Assembly (NCBI GenBank): GCA_028023455.1
Contig: JAQFVV010000010.1
Coordinates: 10,478,001-10,542,000 of the forward strand
Direction of reading: 5' to 3'
Length of the DNA stretch: 64,000 nt
From: Epiperipatus broadwayi
Taxonomy: Eukaryota > Animalia > Onychophora
The position numbers and the translations under genes are program-made. Shown here piece by piece: positions 38,321 through 52,787 of this stretch. Position 1 is the stretch's first letter. Each line of letters opens with the position of its first letter. A model generated the notes under the pieces. It made no database searches and was not told the DNA's origin. It worked only from the letters and a program-made list of their open reading frames with translations.

Positions 38321-41300
38321 GTAAGTAAAGATTATTTATTTATTAAAATTGTAATTTAAAAAATATGCATTACAGTGTATTTTTTAAAAATGATTTTATA
38401 GAGAAATGCATTTATTTCCCCATATATACATAAAATGGTGCAGTAGTTGGTATGTTAGTCTACCATATCCCTGACCAGAAGTTCCAATTTGGAATACTGG
38501 AAATTTATTTACATAACTGGACCGTAGTCATTTCTGCCATCTAATATTTATGAATAAATAAATATCTATTCATAATTCAAGAGAAAACTAAAAAGTGTAA
38601 TATCATAAACAACCAACAACTATTTTGATGAATAATCTGCTTCTCCAAATTTTTTTCAAGACTTAGTGATTGTTAGAGGATTACCCTGCAGTGGGCTATT
38701 TAAGATTCTTGTTCTGGGGAAGATCAAACAAATAAATACTATTACTAAAAGGATGTGCTTTCAATTTGCTAATCCAGTATTTAATTGTTTGCTTACTTGT
38801 TTATATATTATAGCTGAACTCAAAATAAAAACATGGAAAATCTCATTAAAACTTTATCCATATATAAATATACCCTCACACTTCAAATAGATCACAGAAA
38901 ATTTGAAAAATTTTTTTATAAATCAAAATACAAGTCTTTTAATGATATTGAGGATTGTCTCAAATGTAGAAAAGATTTTCATTATTCCAATAAAATCGTT
39001 GCACTATTATAATTTGGAGCATAAAGTGTAATAAGAAAAAAAATCAGCTATTCTTTTAAATATTGTATGAAGGAACTTTTGTATTCTCTATCTCCTTAGA
39101 CATATCATGCTTCATTCTATAAGCACATTTATAAAATTTATTACATGTTACATTCATCTAATCACTCTCATCATTTCCATATTTAATCATCTCATATTAT
39201 ACTAACTGGAACATAGAAGATAAATTAGATATTTATTAATGGAAGCTATTTCATTTGTAAAATGTCAGTATGTTTTGTAGTAACTTTTAAGAAATATTAA
39301 ATAAATAATAATATTTATAATAAATAGTCTATTTATAAAGCGCAAACTAGTATGTAATATGAATCAGGTAACAAAACTCCAGTCATATGTTTTATGAATT
39401 TACGTGCAAAGCATAAGTGGACCACTTATGCTTATAGAGTTTATCGTTATAAACCAACCTTTACTCACCATGCTGAAATCAAGACGTTAAGCTATTGTGT
39501 GCATGAATTATCATTTAATAAATGAATTGTATAAACTTATTCATTCAGTGAAATTTGTAAAAGCATATGACCGGAAGTTTGTTACCTTATTTATAATGGA
39601 ATAATATTTTATCCTATTAGAATAAAGTCATTCTTAATAACATATGACATATCTCATAAGTGAACTATTGCTTTGTAATGAATCTTTAGCATAAGATGCT
39701 CTAATGTTTTTTGTTAAGGATGGTGGAAAGCAATGGCAAACTTTCATTACTGTTAATCATATTGCTTTTTTCCCCAAGAGTAGTTCACTTAAAATAAACA
39801 TATACAACAAATACTTAGCTATTTTTTTTAATATTTCTGAGCTTTTTTTACTGGATTTATTATTGAAAAACAACCAGAGAAATTTTGAATAAATTAAATA
39901 TTATGATTTGCTAGATTCAAGAAAACTTTAATCGTATGATTGAGACTTCAGTTCTTTAACAACATGAAAATTTCCAATTTAAAAAATTCCATTGATAGGT
40001 TATTATTCTAAACAAATAAAGAAAGTTTGGTGCCAGTTTTTACAACAAGAATGTGGGATGAAGTAATAAATAATAATGTGAATTGCTCTAGTTTATTATA
40101 CTATTTAGTTTTTCAGAGTTGCTATCTTAATGATATCAAAATTTTATTAAACAGTCAAATTATCAAATCAAAAAGTCTGTCGAACTAATAATTTTTTTTT
40201 AATGTAAACAAATTCTTACAGCAACGATTACAAAGTATTATTTTTTTTTACATGTGGTAACAAAATAATGAATATTTTCAACTCAAAATCAAAATTAGTG
40301 CTGAAAAGAAAAAAAAAAATGATATCATTATCATACCTTAAATACAAAATACACAATAGCTATATGCATTCTTCTAAAAAAAAATTGCAAATAGATTTAG
40401 ATAGTTAATTTGTCCCTCAAAGAATATTAAGGTTTATATCTTCTGGCATAAAATTAATCATTGTTTATTTCAAAAGGATTTAGTGTTTTTGAAGGTAAAG
40501 TACTCATTTAATTTAATTTAAGTCAAAGATCTTGGGAAATATTACTGTTGTTCCTAGATTTTCATTAAAAAGTAATATTAAAAAAATAAAGATGTAAATG
40601 ACCTTCAAGTTGAATTGCTTCAACTTAGTCTTAAGCTGGTGTTTGTAAGTACTAATGTTATAAAATGTTTTTAAATAATATTTCTTGGGAGTCAAATTCA
40701 TTATTTAAGTACATTTGATTTTTTTTCTTTATAAAATACATAATTATTATGGTTAGATTCCTGCTTGATAAATTTGGACTAATGTGACACTGTATAAAAT
40801 GTTATGGCTGCGAAGATGGCTACAACCATATTGTTTAATGACAACAATTTTTGTCTTAAATTTTTTCTGGTTTTCATTGCAATTCTTTATAAAACTCACC
40901 TTGAGACGGGCCTTTGATACAGAAATAAATCCAGCAACCTTTATATTTACCTTCATAGAAAACTTTATTTAAAAATATTTATCATTTTGGATAGGCATGG
41001 TCGAATTTATGAATTGTAATATTTTTACATCTTTATAAAGCTTTTTATTTGTGGCAGGAAGAAATTAAATAAAGCAAATAATACAGTTTTAAAAATTGAA
41101 TGAAAATTAGATTCTTGTATCATGGAAAAATCCACTACCTGTGTTACTTAACAAAATTATTCATATGTTGCTGAAGCTGTTGCTTCAGCCTTGTGTAAAA
41201 TATGAAATAAAAAGAGTTATGTAGTTGTTTAATAACTTATTCAATTCATGACAATTAAGCTTTAGGTTATTATCAATAACAACTAATACTATTGCATGGA

Positions 41301-41485
41301 TTTTACCCTCTTAACAGTATTAATCGAGGAAAGATTACTAACTCAAATGTCATCATATTAGGATACTTGTAGAAATTATGAAAGTTCATAAAGTTGGTCA
41401 TGTAAAACTACCCTTAAATGTGGTTGCTAAAACAAAAGTCTTTGAACACCTTATTGAATTGCAGAAAAAATGAATCATTTATTTA

Positions 41486-41606
41486 TAGCTTATAATGAAT
41501 CGTTCTCTGTGATGTTTGTGACTTGATAGTTTATAATGAATCGTTCTCTGTGATGTTTGTGACTTGATAGCTTATAATGAATCGTTTTCTGTGATGTTTG
41601 TGACTT
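41486..41606. repeat. 41-bp minisatellite, 3 copies
   Basis: tagcttataatgaatcgttctctgtgatgtttgtgacttga occurs three times. Confidence 0.9.
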
Positions 41607-42592
41607 CTATTAAAATGTAGTTAATCTTCTCTCTCTCCTTTGTTGGCAACGAAGTCTTTCTGATTATCCCAGCTGATATTTAGATATATCACTGCTTTCT
41701 ATTATATTCCTTATGCTACAAATTCTTTGTTTGTAAATCCAGGTTAGTGCTTCTGAGTTTATTTCCTTGAGATACATCTAAGTTTGTATAATTTAAACAG
41801 AAAACCATTATATATATTCTAAATTCTTGATTCTTAATATAGAGAAAAGCAATAAATTATAGCTCAGAATGATAAAGTAAATTGTTGAAAATGTACATAT
41901 TATTTGTATTTAAGATTGTTATAAGCCAGTTGCCGCTTGCAGTTTGTTTAACGTAGTTTTATTATTCATTATCATTTTGTGATACTCTGGTCATTACTTA
42001 TCCTTCTAGTAATATATTCAATTAAATTATTAAAAAAAAAATTGATTAGTTGCTCAGGAGGTTGTGTGATATTCAAGCACCCAAATGTCAGGTTGAGCAC
42101 AATATTTTTATTTAACTGACTAATATAAGATTATTTTTATTATCTTGTACAGCTAGAAATTATTTCAATTCACTTCTTTTGGATCAATATATTTTTGGTT
42201 TTTGCTCAGTTTATCACAAAATTAATCTCTCTGTTTGAATTTGCATTTTTATCTAAATTAACTATTATGCTCATTTTCACTTGTTATAATTTGTATATTC
42301 AGTTATAAATATGATTATTTTATTTTTGTTTGTTTGTACAAAATTGTTTGACAGCAAAATGTTTTTTTAAAAAATGTATAGAAAAAAGTATGAAGTAACA
42401 CAATCTCTTTTTTTTTCCTTTACTTTTATTAGTTTTTATAAACATTATAATTCATATAGACTTATGCATGTTAATAAAGAAAATAATATGAGCAACTTTA
42501 ATGCATATATGCCCATTATTTGATTACTTTATTGTGTAATTTTTATTTTTAATCCAATTTGTTTAGTAAAATCAATTTTTTTTTTTTAATAG

Positions 42593-42691
42593 ATACAGCA
42601 AAGAGAAAACTGTTTCCCGTGCTCGATATTTATTTTGTAAGGCCCAAAGACATTTCTTTTTATATACAGAACGATTCCATTTTTTTTACAG
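42593..42691 (+). CDS. UTP25: UTP25/DIEXF coding exon
   Basis: YSKEKTVSRARYLFCKAQRHFFLYTERFHFFYR; tag/gtagt. Confidence 0.95.
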
Positions 42692-42780
42692 GTAGTAATT
42701 TAATAATTAAAAGTTACAATAACTTATTTATTTATAATTAAGATTGTGATTATTTCATTAAAAATTTTATATGATAAAAC

Positions 42781-43314
42781 CTTCCTGCATCCATTGATTA
42801 CTGTGGCTTGCACTGAGTGGGCTTCTTTCTGGAGAGTTTTGCCTCTGAAAACAGCTTGTGTAAGCATAAAGAATGGTGATCATGTGATCTTTAGTGGTTT
42901 AATACCAATCCTGCCCAGTAGGATAATGGTGACTGTAGTTATTAAAGAACCGAAGACACCAAAAGTATGGATGTTGAAATGAGTTGATCTATATAACTAT
43001 ACAAGCTAATGAGCTTGAATTGAAAACATTATTGTGTTTTCAATTTGAACACAAAGCTTTATAGTTAACTAAAAGGTAACTGCTAGAGGTTGCATTAGAT
43101 CCTAAGATATAGGTGCAGTGCTCTCAGATCCAGGGCTCCTCACTGATGAAACCTAGTCCGGGATATTGGACGAGTAGGCACTAGATAGGGATTTTATGCA
43201 CAAAACTTCATGCATCCATTGATTTCTCTGGCTTGCACTGAGTGGCGTTACTGTATGGAGAGTTTTGCCTTTGTGTAAACAGCTGATGTAAGCATAAAGA
43301 ATGGTAATGATAAG
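42781..43314 (+). mobile_element. HHR family 1, about 1.2 monomers, HHR with stem II deleted
   Basis: gcatccattgatt recurs at 42787 and 43212 (period 425). Core ctgatgaaacctagtc at 43143-43158. Possible 9-bp TSD tgataaaac at 42772-42780 and 43315-43323. Confidence 0.8.
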
Positions 43315-43490
43315 TGATAAAACTGCTTACATAAATAATTCTTCCAAGCTACAGGAGTTATCTCATGAAAGTAATAATGTAAAACTAAAGATAAATATTA
43401 AATAACTAAACTAATATTCAAGAACATTTTAAAACAGGAGACCATAAGAATATGAAGTAAAAGAAGAAATTAATAACTATAAATATAGAG

Positions 43491-43640
43491 GCAAAACTCC
43501 ATTCAGTAGCACCACTCAATACTAGGCAGGGTAATCAATGGATGAATGAAGATTTGTGCATAAAATCCCTGTCTAATGCCTACTCTGTGTTAACAGCTTA
43601 GATAAGTATAAAGAATGATCATGTGATATTTAGTGGTTTC
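43491..43640. mobile_element. HHR family 1 truncated, inverted fragment without core
   Basis: Minus-strand piece gcaaaactcc...gcctactc joined to a plus-strand piece ...gatcatgtgatatttagtggttt. Confidence 0.65.
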
Positions 43641-44410
43641 ATAACTGTAAATAGCTTGGTCACATTATTAGTATAGATAGAAACATAGTGGATGAGATTA
43701 ATATAGAATTAAACTTGAATATAATGCTTTCCATAGCAATAATATTAAAAGAAAATATAAAAAGTTTTTAATTTATTTACAGATTTTATTTAACGTATGG
43801 ATTTTTTTAGACAGATATAAGAATCTAGAAATTCCATTCAGGGGATGATTCATGATTGACTTTATTAAATGCTTCATTTCTTTTACTGTATACATAATAA
43901 AAAATTTTTTCATGGTATCTGCTTGGTATTTGTCACAAATGTGAGATATCTATACGTAGAGTGGGTAAATTAAGAAATTTGTAAAGAAAAGTATGAGTTG
44001 GCTATAAACATGAAGGAAGTAGTTAGAATAAAGTGCTTAGATTTATTACGCAGACATTAAATAAAATAATTAATTGTGGTATATTTATTATGATTTGGAT
44101 TGGAATAATGAAATTTTCTCTATTGAAGTTAGTATATTTTTATAGAAAATAAAGAACTGTATATGATCATGATGGTAATAAATGTAGAGGGAAAAGTAAA
44201 ATCATGATATGAAAATAATATAAATATAGGAATTACTAAAGAGAAATATTTCTTAAAAATAATGCACAAATCTTATTTGCTGTTATGAAATATAAATTGT
44301 TTGAATATTTTCATTTTCTCATTCTATTTTTAGTATTTGAGATCACACTTCATGTGCATGTATATATAAAACCAATGTGATCACTTTTTTTTTTTTTTCC
44401 ATATGTCAAA

Positions 44411-44482
44411 TGCATTGACCAGGAAGCGAACCAGGGCCAGCTGCTTGGAAGGTAGCTATGCTAACCACTAGGCTACCAACGC
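44411..44482 (-). pseudogene. tRNA-Gly(TCC) retropseudogene
   Basis: GCGTTGGTAGCCTAGTGGTTAGCATAGCTACCTTCCAAGCAGCTGGCCCTGGTTCGCTTCCTGGTCAATGCA resembles metazoan tRNA-Gly-TCC but has anticodon- and T-stem mismatches; A14 tail and 12-bp TSD. Confidence 0.85.
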
Positions 44483-45476
44483 TTGACAATGTGATCACAT
44501 TTATACTCCATTACTATATTAATGAGATGAAACTATACATGTAATTATTTAATTGTTTTTGTATGTAAATATCTAAATGTCAAAATATTTTAATGAAATA
44601 TCTATAAAAATATTTTCTGGCTTAGAAAGTTGATGTCGTTTGTTCCACTTTTTTGTAAGTGATTTTAAGGTTTTTGTTTTAAAGCTTTTAAAGTTGTGCT
44701 CTTATTTATGGACAGATCATAATGACAATTAGAGTAGGATTAGTGACCAAAAGCTTTGGTATGAAATTAATCACAATTGGTGTAAAACTAATCAAAACTA
44801 TTGGGTGATACTTAAATTTGTTAGAGTTTGGAAACAGATTTTTCCTTTATATTACTCTACAGCTTCTATGATTTATTTTAATTAACTGGTAGCTTTCTTT
44901 TGTTAGGCACTATAATGCTATCTATCAATAAATAAAGGCAGTACTTTGAACTTTCAAAAAAAAAATGTTCAAAGTTTCAAAATGTAAAATTTTTCATATA
45001 TATTATTACGCAGAACTTTATTATATGGTTTGTTTTAAATTAGAAAGTACTTTTTTAAATACTTTAATATAATTAAAAGTATTATAATCATAATATAAAT
45101 AAAGCATATAAAATATTTAACATGTCAATTAATTTCAGATATGAAACTTCTTTAGACACTTTATACTAGAGCATATCGTTACTTTTTTGCCATCTCTAAG
45201 ATTGAATAACAGGATTACAGGGGTTTGGGATTCAAGATTGAAAGTAATATTTCAAACATTGAATTCCAGACCTCATCGGTAAAGGCAGAAGCTAAAATCT
45301 GTTTGAGAATGGAGGTTTAAATATATTATCATCTAGTAATCAGTACTCAAACTTGCTATAAATGACAAAAGAATAGGAAACTGTAGTTGTTTTATTATAT
45401 ATTGTGTAAATTTAAAAAATTGATTTGTTATTACATTTTATACTAATTGTTTTCATTTTATTTTTATTTAAAACAG

Positions 45477-45714
45477 GTACAAAATCAGAGGAATCAAACA
45501 TGTCATCTTCTATGAGCCACCATTATACCCCCACTTTTATAGTGAAATTTGTAATTTCATGCACAACTCAGAAAATAAAGGCCAGCTAAGTTGTTTGGTC
45601 TTGTACAGCAGTTATGATGGGTTACGTTTGGCTAATATTCTTGGAAGCAGCCAGGCTTCCAGAATTTTACAATCCAAGAAGCAGACCCATATGATTATGA
45701 CGGGGGATTTATAG
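45477..45714 (+). CDS. UTP25: UTP25/DIEXF terminal coding exon with TAG stop
   Basis: YKIRGIKHVIFYEPPLYPHFYSEICNFM...THMIMTGDL*, matching the DIEXF C-terminus. Confidence 0.96.
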
Positions 45715-45716
45715 TG

Positions 45717-45722
45717 AATAAA
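45717..45722 (+). promoter_or_regulatory. Candidate polyadenylation signal AATAAA for UTP25
   Basis: AATAAA immediately after the stop codon; another occurs near 45782. AT-rich context makes chance matches common. Confidence 0.35.
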
Positions 45723-48700
45723 ATCAATAATTTCCACCCCTCATCTTGTAAATAGGAAATATTTTATAATATATTTTTTGAAATAAAAATAAAAAATTGA
45801 TTTTTTTTTGTAAATGATTATTTATTTATTACTGAATACATAAGAACAGAATTTTTAGTAAAATCACATAGGGAAGATCACAAAACAATTTGGTCTACAG
45901 CATTTCACCACATCAGTTTAAATCAAAAGATATTTTACATCTATTAATAATCTTTTTTATAAAAATGCTATCAATCATGTCTAATTATTCAAAGAAAATG
46001 AAAATCATAAATTTGGATTAATATACTAGGATAAATTATTGTTATATACTTCATGAACCATATATTTTATTAAAAGCTCCAGATATTTCATTTAGATACT
46101 TATTAAATCTAAATTAATAATTTATAAAATGTTGATTCAGCTTTAATAATTTCATAACAGTTAAAGATATCCAATACAGAAACTTAATATTAAATTATGT
46201 GCACTTATAATTTCATTGGCCCTGCTAATTAGATTTTTGTGTTTTGTTAAAATTGTAAATATTCTTCACTTTATTTTTAATTTGTTTGACCATTACTTAC
46301 AGAATTTTTTTTTGTTTAAGACTACCTTTATTTTTATTCTTGTGGAACCTTGCCTTTTTGTCAGTTCATAGTTCTTATAAATTATCATTTCATCTTGACT
46401 TTTTGTTTTATCCTTACCCATATTCTTTTGAATCTGGTTACAAATTTTGCATAGTATTAATGTTTAAGTATATATTTTTCTATAAATAAATCACTATAAT
46501 ATTTTTCATAATTTATTTTATTTAATATGTTAATTAATGTCAAATAAAACAAAAAAAAAAGTAAAAATTGTTAAAAATATTTATTTAATAAATTATTGAA
46601 TTTAAAAATTAACTACATAATCATTTATATATTGTGCTTCTTAGACATTTGACTAGATTATATTGCTGTTTGGCACTAATAGAGTGTGAGTTCTACCCTT
46701 TAGGATGTAATCACCATTCACATCCTAATAAGCAAAGAAACTAATTGATAAGTTTCACATTTTCCATAAAAAATGAAAATAATATATTAAGAAAACAAGT
46801 TTGAAAATAATATATTTAGCAATCAAATCAATATGCAATGATTAAAAAACAAATACATTCAATAAGTGACATCACATAAGAAATTAAATTAGCAATAAGT
46901 GCAAATGCGTACAAAACCAAATTGTGCAATGAAGGATTCAGGCGCACAACATTACAAAAAATAAGCCATGCAATCCATAAAATATTTAATGGCAATAAAT
47001 ACTACATTAAAATCTTAAAAAGATATCTGTACAAGGAAAATGAAAATTATGTCCATAACAATGATTCAGGCAATAACAATAGTTGTACTTTCTATGGCAT
47101 CCACATTTTTCATTTTCCTTGTGTATGGGCAACTTATTGTACAATTTAATTTCTTATGGATTGGTTCTATAACTGAATTTATGGAGTTTCAGTTTGCTTT
47201 ATTGCTAATTTTTAACTTATGAAATATTTGTATTGATCATTTATTGATTGAATATATTTAATAATCATTGTGCATTGGTTTGATTGCTAAATATATTCAA
47301 GTTTTTCTTTATAATTTTTTTTAAAAATGTGAAACATTGATTAGATTTTCATGGCTGTGGCTGGTGGTTCCATCCTTCAGGTAGAGTTCACACTATTAGT
47401 AGCTACCATTTCATGTTTACTAAAGTGCCATTTTTTTAGTCCAAGGAATACTTTTAACTTGTTAAGGTGGAAAAAAGGGGGGATTAGATTATAAAATATC
47501 TGTCAGGCTTTCAGGAGTTCTCAAATCAATTTTTGGCAGTTTAGTATATTAATGGTAACAAAATAATAATTGTTCAGTTTTATATTTCCTAGTATTAAAG
47601 ATGCACCCTAATTTTGAAAAACAAGCTGGGATCTACAGAACTTTTGCTCTTAAGATATATGAATTATAATTTATATATTTTTATTGCAAACAGTATTGTG
47701 AATTATCAAAAAAAAAAAAAAAAACAGTATTGTGAAGGAAAAAAGACAGTTAATGTTTCATTACTATACAAGTCCGTAAGGTTTTTGTGATGTAGTCACA
47801 ACCAGTTATCATGTCCACAGTCTGAGTTTTCAATCCATGCTGATAATTTTGCTCAGAATTTTTCTTCCAAATAGATGGCATATGACCAACCCAGCTAATC
47901 ATCCAATAATAGTCAGTAAATGGAGATCTGGCTGTGCATAACTAGAGAGAAAAGATCCTAGATTAATCTGGGTCACATTTTTGCATTTCATTGGTTATAT
48001 AACTTTTAATATGTATTCATACATGCACTATTAATAAGATATTATTTGTTGTCATTCTATCACTTGGTTTAGCTTTCCAGCATATATTTCTAGTTTTCTT
48101 GCCTTGAAATACAAGGCCAATTCTCTTTTCTCACAATTTCCTTTATAAATAATCATTTTTACATAATCTTGTCATCACATTGCAAATGTTATCCTGCCAT
48201 TAGTCTAATCTTTTCTTATCTCTTTCCAATTGTCCATATTTTTGATCCTTATAAAATAACACTCAAATAAATATTTTTTTTAAAATAATTTTAAATCCAT
48301 TACAATTATCTAAAAACATTAATCTCTTTTATCATAAATATATGTAAAGGAATAGTTGATAATTTATTGTTTTCTTGTTTATGTAAAATAATTTATATAA
48401 TTCATTTTGGAATAATATATAGAAGATTAGATTATTGTCTCATATTGAAATGCTTTTTTTTAATTAAGCTTAACTGTAGACCTGTGAACAATGAAATCTT
48501 TAGCTTGTTAAGATGCAGGGTAAATTTTCAAGATAGAATCTTTAATGCTGGGAAATAAATATACAATATTTATATAAAGAGAATACTTACTTAAATGGAT
48601 AACTCAATATTTTGGTCACAAATTGACTTTCTTCAAAAATTGAAACTCCAATTTCTGAAAAAATATATCTGACTAAAAAATTAATAGCTAGTTACATATT

Positions 48701-49535
48701 TGAATAAATATACTCTTTATATATTTTATAGTTTTATTATATATATATATACACGCACACAGATGAGATCCAATCAAAAAGTTTGAAGACCTTTTCACTA
48801 TGAATTGTATACATTATTCTAGAATAAAAATGAAGTCTTATAAACTCTTGATTAATGAAAATATAAAAATAATTTTTGATAATTATTTTTGTCAATTATA
48901 CTTTTAAAAGAATAATAATTAATCTTGCATAAGGAAAAAAAAATGGTAATTTTTTGTTACATCCAAAAATACTCATCTAATGTCAACATTTTTCAACATA
49001 TTACACAATAATTCATGACAATCAAGTTACTCAAAATTTTACTCCAAGTAGAGGTTTAAAACAGTTGACATATATCAACTTGAACAGTAAATTATCTTTT
49101 TCTTTTTTCCCTTATATTTACATATTGATATAAATATCTATTCAATAATTTCAAATATCAGTGTAAAAATTGGATGGGTGATCCATATTCAAAAGTTAAT
49201 TATCTCTTCTGAATCATAACTTCTATTTTGATGATGTGGCAACAACTTTATTCTTCTGAGAAGTATCCTTTGGTTTATTTTTATCATCTATTTTTTTATG
49301 TTCTGTTTTGATTAATTGTAAAAGTTCCTCCTAAAAATATAACATTAAAAAAATTTTTTAATATTTAAACAATTTATGTGTATGATTATTTTATAAACTT
49401 CCAAATATCATGAATAAAAATAAAATGTTTACATTTAATTAGTTTAAATGCTATTCAGAATAGAAAAAATGTCTTTTTGCCGAAACTGTTCTCACTGCAC
49501 ACACAAAGTTCTGCATATATGTATATGCTAATTTA

Positions 49536-49946
49536 AGTCAATAAACATCACATGTTCACCATTTCTTATGCTTGCTCTTAACTGTTATTAAAACAGGTAA
49601 AATCTCTCTATACGTATTGCCATTCAGTTCAGACCTAAACGACTATATAAGCTAATGAGCTTGGATTGAAAATATTATAGTGTTTTCAATTTAAGACTCA
49701 TAGTTTTGTAGTTAAGTAGAGATAAAAGATGGCTGCTGGAGGGTTGCATTAGATTCTAAGATCTAGGTGCAGTGCTCTCAGATCCAGGGCTCCTCACTGG
49801 TGAAGGCCACAAGTCAGAAACTAGTCTGGTAATATTGGATGAGTAGGCACTAGATGGGGATTTTATGCACAAACCTTCTGGCATCCATTGATTACTCTGG
49901 CTTGCACTAAGTGGCAATATGTATAGAGAGATTTTGCCTGTTTTAA
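49536..49946. mobile_element. HHR family 1 insertion with inversion; core mutated (CUGGUGA)
   Basis: 14-bp TSD tatatgctaattta at 49522-49535 and 49947-49960; core 49797-49826 (+). Confidence 0.85.
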
Positions 49947-52589
49947 TATATGCTAATTTATTGTCTTGATTTATGCTGGCATCACAGTAGTTGATCTGAA
50001 GTCAAACCAGCTAACCATCCAATACTAGTCAGAAAATGGATATCTGATTGTTCTTAACTAAGTTAAGGTGGGTTAGTTAGATGAGTAATAATGAGCTTAG
50101 TATAAAAATAAACTATGACTATAATATGAGCAACATTAATCAAAGATGGAAATGTTAAATTTATATAAAAGCTAAGTCTGTGATTAGCTTTAACTTTATC
50201 ATAATGTTTTAATAAATCTTAATGAAACCATGACCTCTTTGACATGCATAATATATACAGAGAAAATTTTGATGCTAGCAGATTAATAATAGCAAGTAAA
50301 TTTTGATTAATACATAAGGATTGGATAAAATATTAATAGCATTTATCATATCAGCACTTTATTTTAAAGTACCATATAACACATTACTGATAATATATAA
50401 TCTTTACTTTGATGAACAGAATACTAAGAAGTTGTGAGAAAAAATACTGCACTTGACTAAGTTGAAAAGAGATCAAAATGATGGTGCCTGAATTCAATTA
50501 ACTGGAGCAGTGGGGTCCAAAATGAGCTTTTAATGTTCAGGTGTAATAAATATATTCACTAAAATACATGAATCAACTCTGGTAGCAAATCATTGCTTTC
50601 TGAGAGGAACCAATGAACACTGCAAAGGATTGTAGCTACAAAAAAATATGTATTGAATATTCTAGAGTCTATCAAAAGTTATAGCACTGAGCTTTCATTT
50701 TAATACCAAGAATTTCTATTAAACAAAAACACTATGATCAAAAGTTTAAGAAGCGAAAAATAAGTATCTAGAAAATATAGTCAAATAAATTTTTTTTTTT
50801 CAAATATGATCACCAAAAGAAGCTTAACAACCATATTTCTAATGGTGCAACATTTGTATAAACATTTATGGATCAGATTAATCTCATGTTGCTTCCAAAC
50901 AATATCTATCTTATAAGATACTAATGCTCCAATTCATGAAGCTGATGTCATCAAATATTAATGTAAATAAAATAATGTCTCATACTACCAATAGTCTTCT
51001 CTGATTTAAATATCTGTGAGCAATGAACTAAAAAGACTATCATTCACCAATATCTCTCGGAAAACTTGGGGTTTTTCTTTACGACGAAAGGTTTAACATA
51101 TCTTTAGACACTTTTAACACTATTTAATACTTACTCAGATGGTGAGTTAAACCACATAATATATTTTTTAAAATGCTGAATATTTAAATGATGGAAAAAC
51201 TTGGTAAATGATGGAATTATTATTGACATCTTAAAACAGGCATGGGGAATCTTTTCTGCAATGGATTATTTAGGTATTTATAACATCATTTGTAGATCAT
51301 ACAAAATTATCAACTTAAAAATTAGCCTATATTATAATCAAAAATTTTATTAATTTACCCCTAATCATTAGGGATAGACAACCGTTTCAATAGGAAGGCC
51401 AATTTCAACTTTCCCTTTTTAAGAGGCCATAATTTTTTTGTGAATTAAAAATAAAATATCATTATTATTAATGGCAGTTGCACATTTTATGACAATTTCT
51501 TCAATTAATCCTGTAACTATTCTTTCTGACATATTTATATTTTCGAATTTCATTTTATGTTTTGGACAGTAATTCTAGAGCAGATAGAATGCAGTTCTAT
51601 AAATTCCTCTTCAGAAAATAATTTCAAATTTTCTGCTTTTTTTTTTTTAAATAATGCAACTTGCTTTCACAGAATTTCTTGACTTGTTTGCACTTTTTAT
51701 GAAATATATCACCGACTTGATGAAGCTTCTTTTCAAGATTTTGATTTTATATTTCTTTCCCAACAATTTTATTAAAATCAGAATGTTTTGATAAATAGTG
51801 CCTTTTAATATTGTGTTCTTTATTGACTGATATACTTTCAAAACATATCAGGCACATCTATTTATTTATTTCTATAAAAAAATATGTGTTAGTCCATTTC
51901 TTTTGAAATGCTGATTTTCTATGTCATTTTGCTTATCTTACTAAATTGTAACTATCTTAATGGAAAAAATAAATAAATATATGCAAAATAATAATAATAA
52001 AAAGAAACGAAAATCCGAGTTTTATTTTTTTCCTAATATATGTTCATCTGCAAAAATCACCATAAAAACAAACAAAATATTCTCAGCATCATAAATAAAA
52101 TCTGTAGTCAGATAGATCACGCAATATAAAAAATTTGTTAGAATATTGCATCTCTGATAGAATGAATTAGAACCATTCTAAAGGTTGGAAAGAGAAAAAA
52201 AACATAGTTGAGAAAATAAATATTTTATTTTATTTAACTTTTAATTCCATATTTGCACTACATGTGCATGTTTAAATGGAAGTTTTATATAAGGCCATTT
52301 TATACAAGTTTTTAAAAATGTCTGTGGGCCCTATTGAAAGCTTTAAAGGGCTAAAATTGGCCCATGGAGGTTCCCCACCCATTTTAAAAGAAGGTGAAAA
52401 AACAAAGTATTGGCAAAGTGATAAAATGATGAAGACATACCAGATGACTGGAAGAATACAGTAGTCATGTTTAGAAAGATAAAAAACATATAAATTACAG
52501 ACTTCTGTCAATTTTATAAATTCTTATTAAGATCATTAACTCATTGACAGAACTTTGGATTCATACCAACCAACCAACCAAAAAAAAAA

Positions 52590-52787
52590 CAAAGTTGGAT
52601 TAAACGTGGTTTTAACACAGTAGATCACACACAAGTATTAAGAGTAGTTATGAAAAGAACTAATGAGTATGAATCCCTATTATGACTTTATAAACAATCC
52701 AATAGTGCTTAAGGCTTTAGAACATGATATAAAAAAGGATATTGCCAAATTTTGAAAAATATTTATCAAAATGTAACAGCAGTGTGT
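52590..52787 (+). pseudogene. RTE-clade LINE RT fragment
   Basis: KQSWIKRGFNTVDHTQVLRVVMKRTNEY and YCQILKNIYQNVTAV. Confidence 0.6.

Noticed and set aside
40899-40956. Minus-strand exon ending AAG|gtgagt nested in a UTP25 intron
   Set aside because: No pyrimidine-rich acceptor, no partner exons and no recognisable peptide.
45139-45200. Alternative UTP25 exon after ttcag
   Set aside because: Stop codons in all three frames; the true homologous exon is 42593-42691.
47040-47222. Membrane-protein-like 60-aa ORF
   Set aside because: Short, upstream in-frame stop, no convincing splice sites; hydrophobicity is expected from T-rich DNA.
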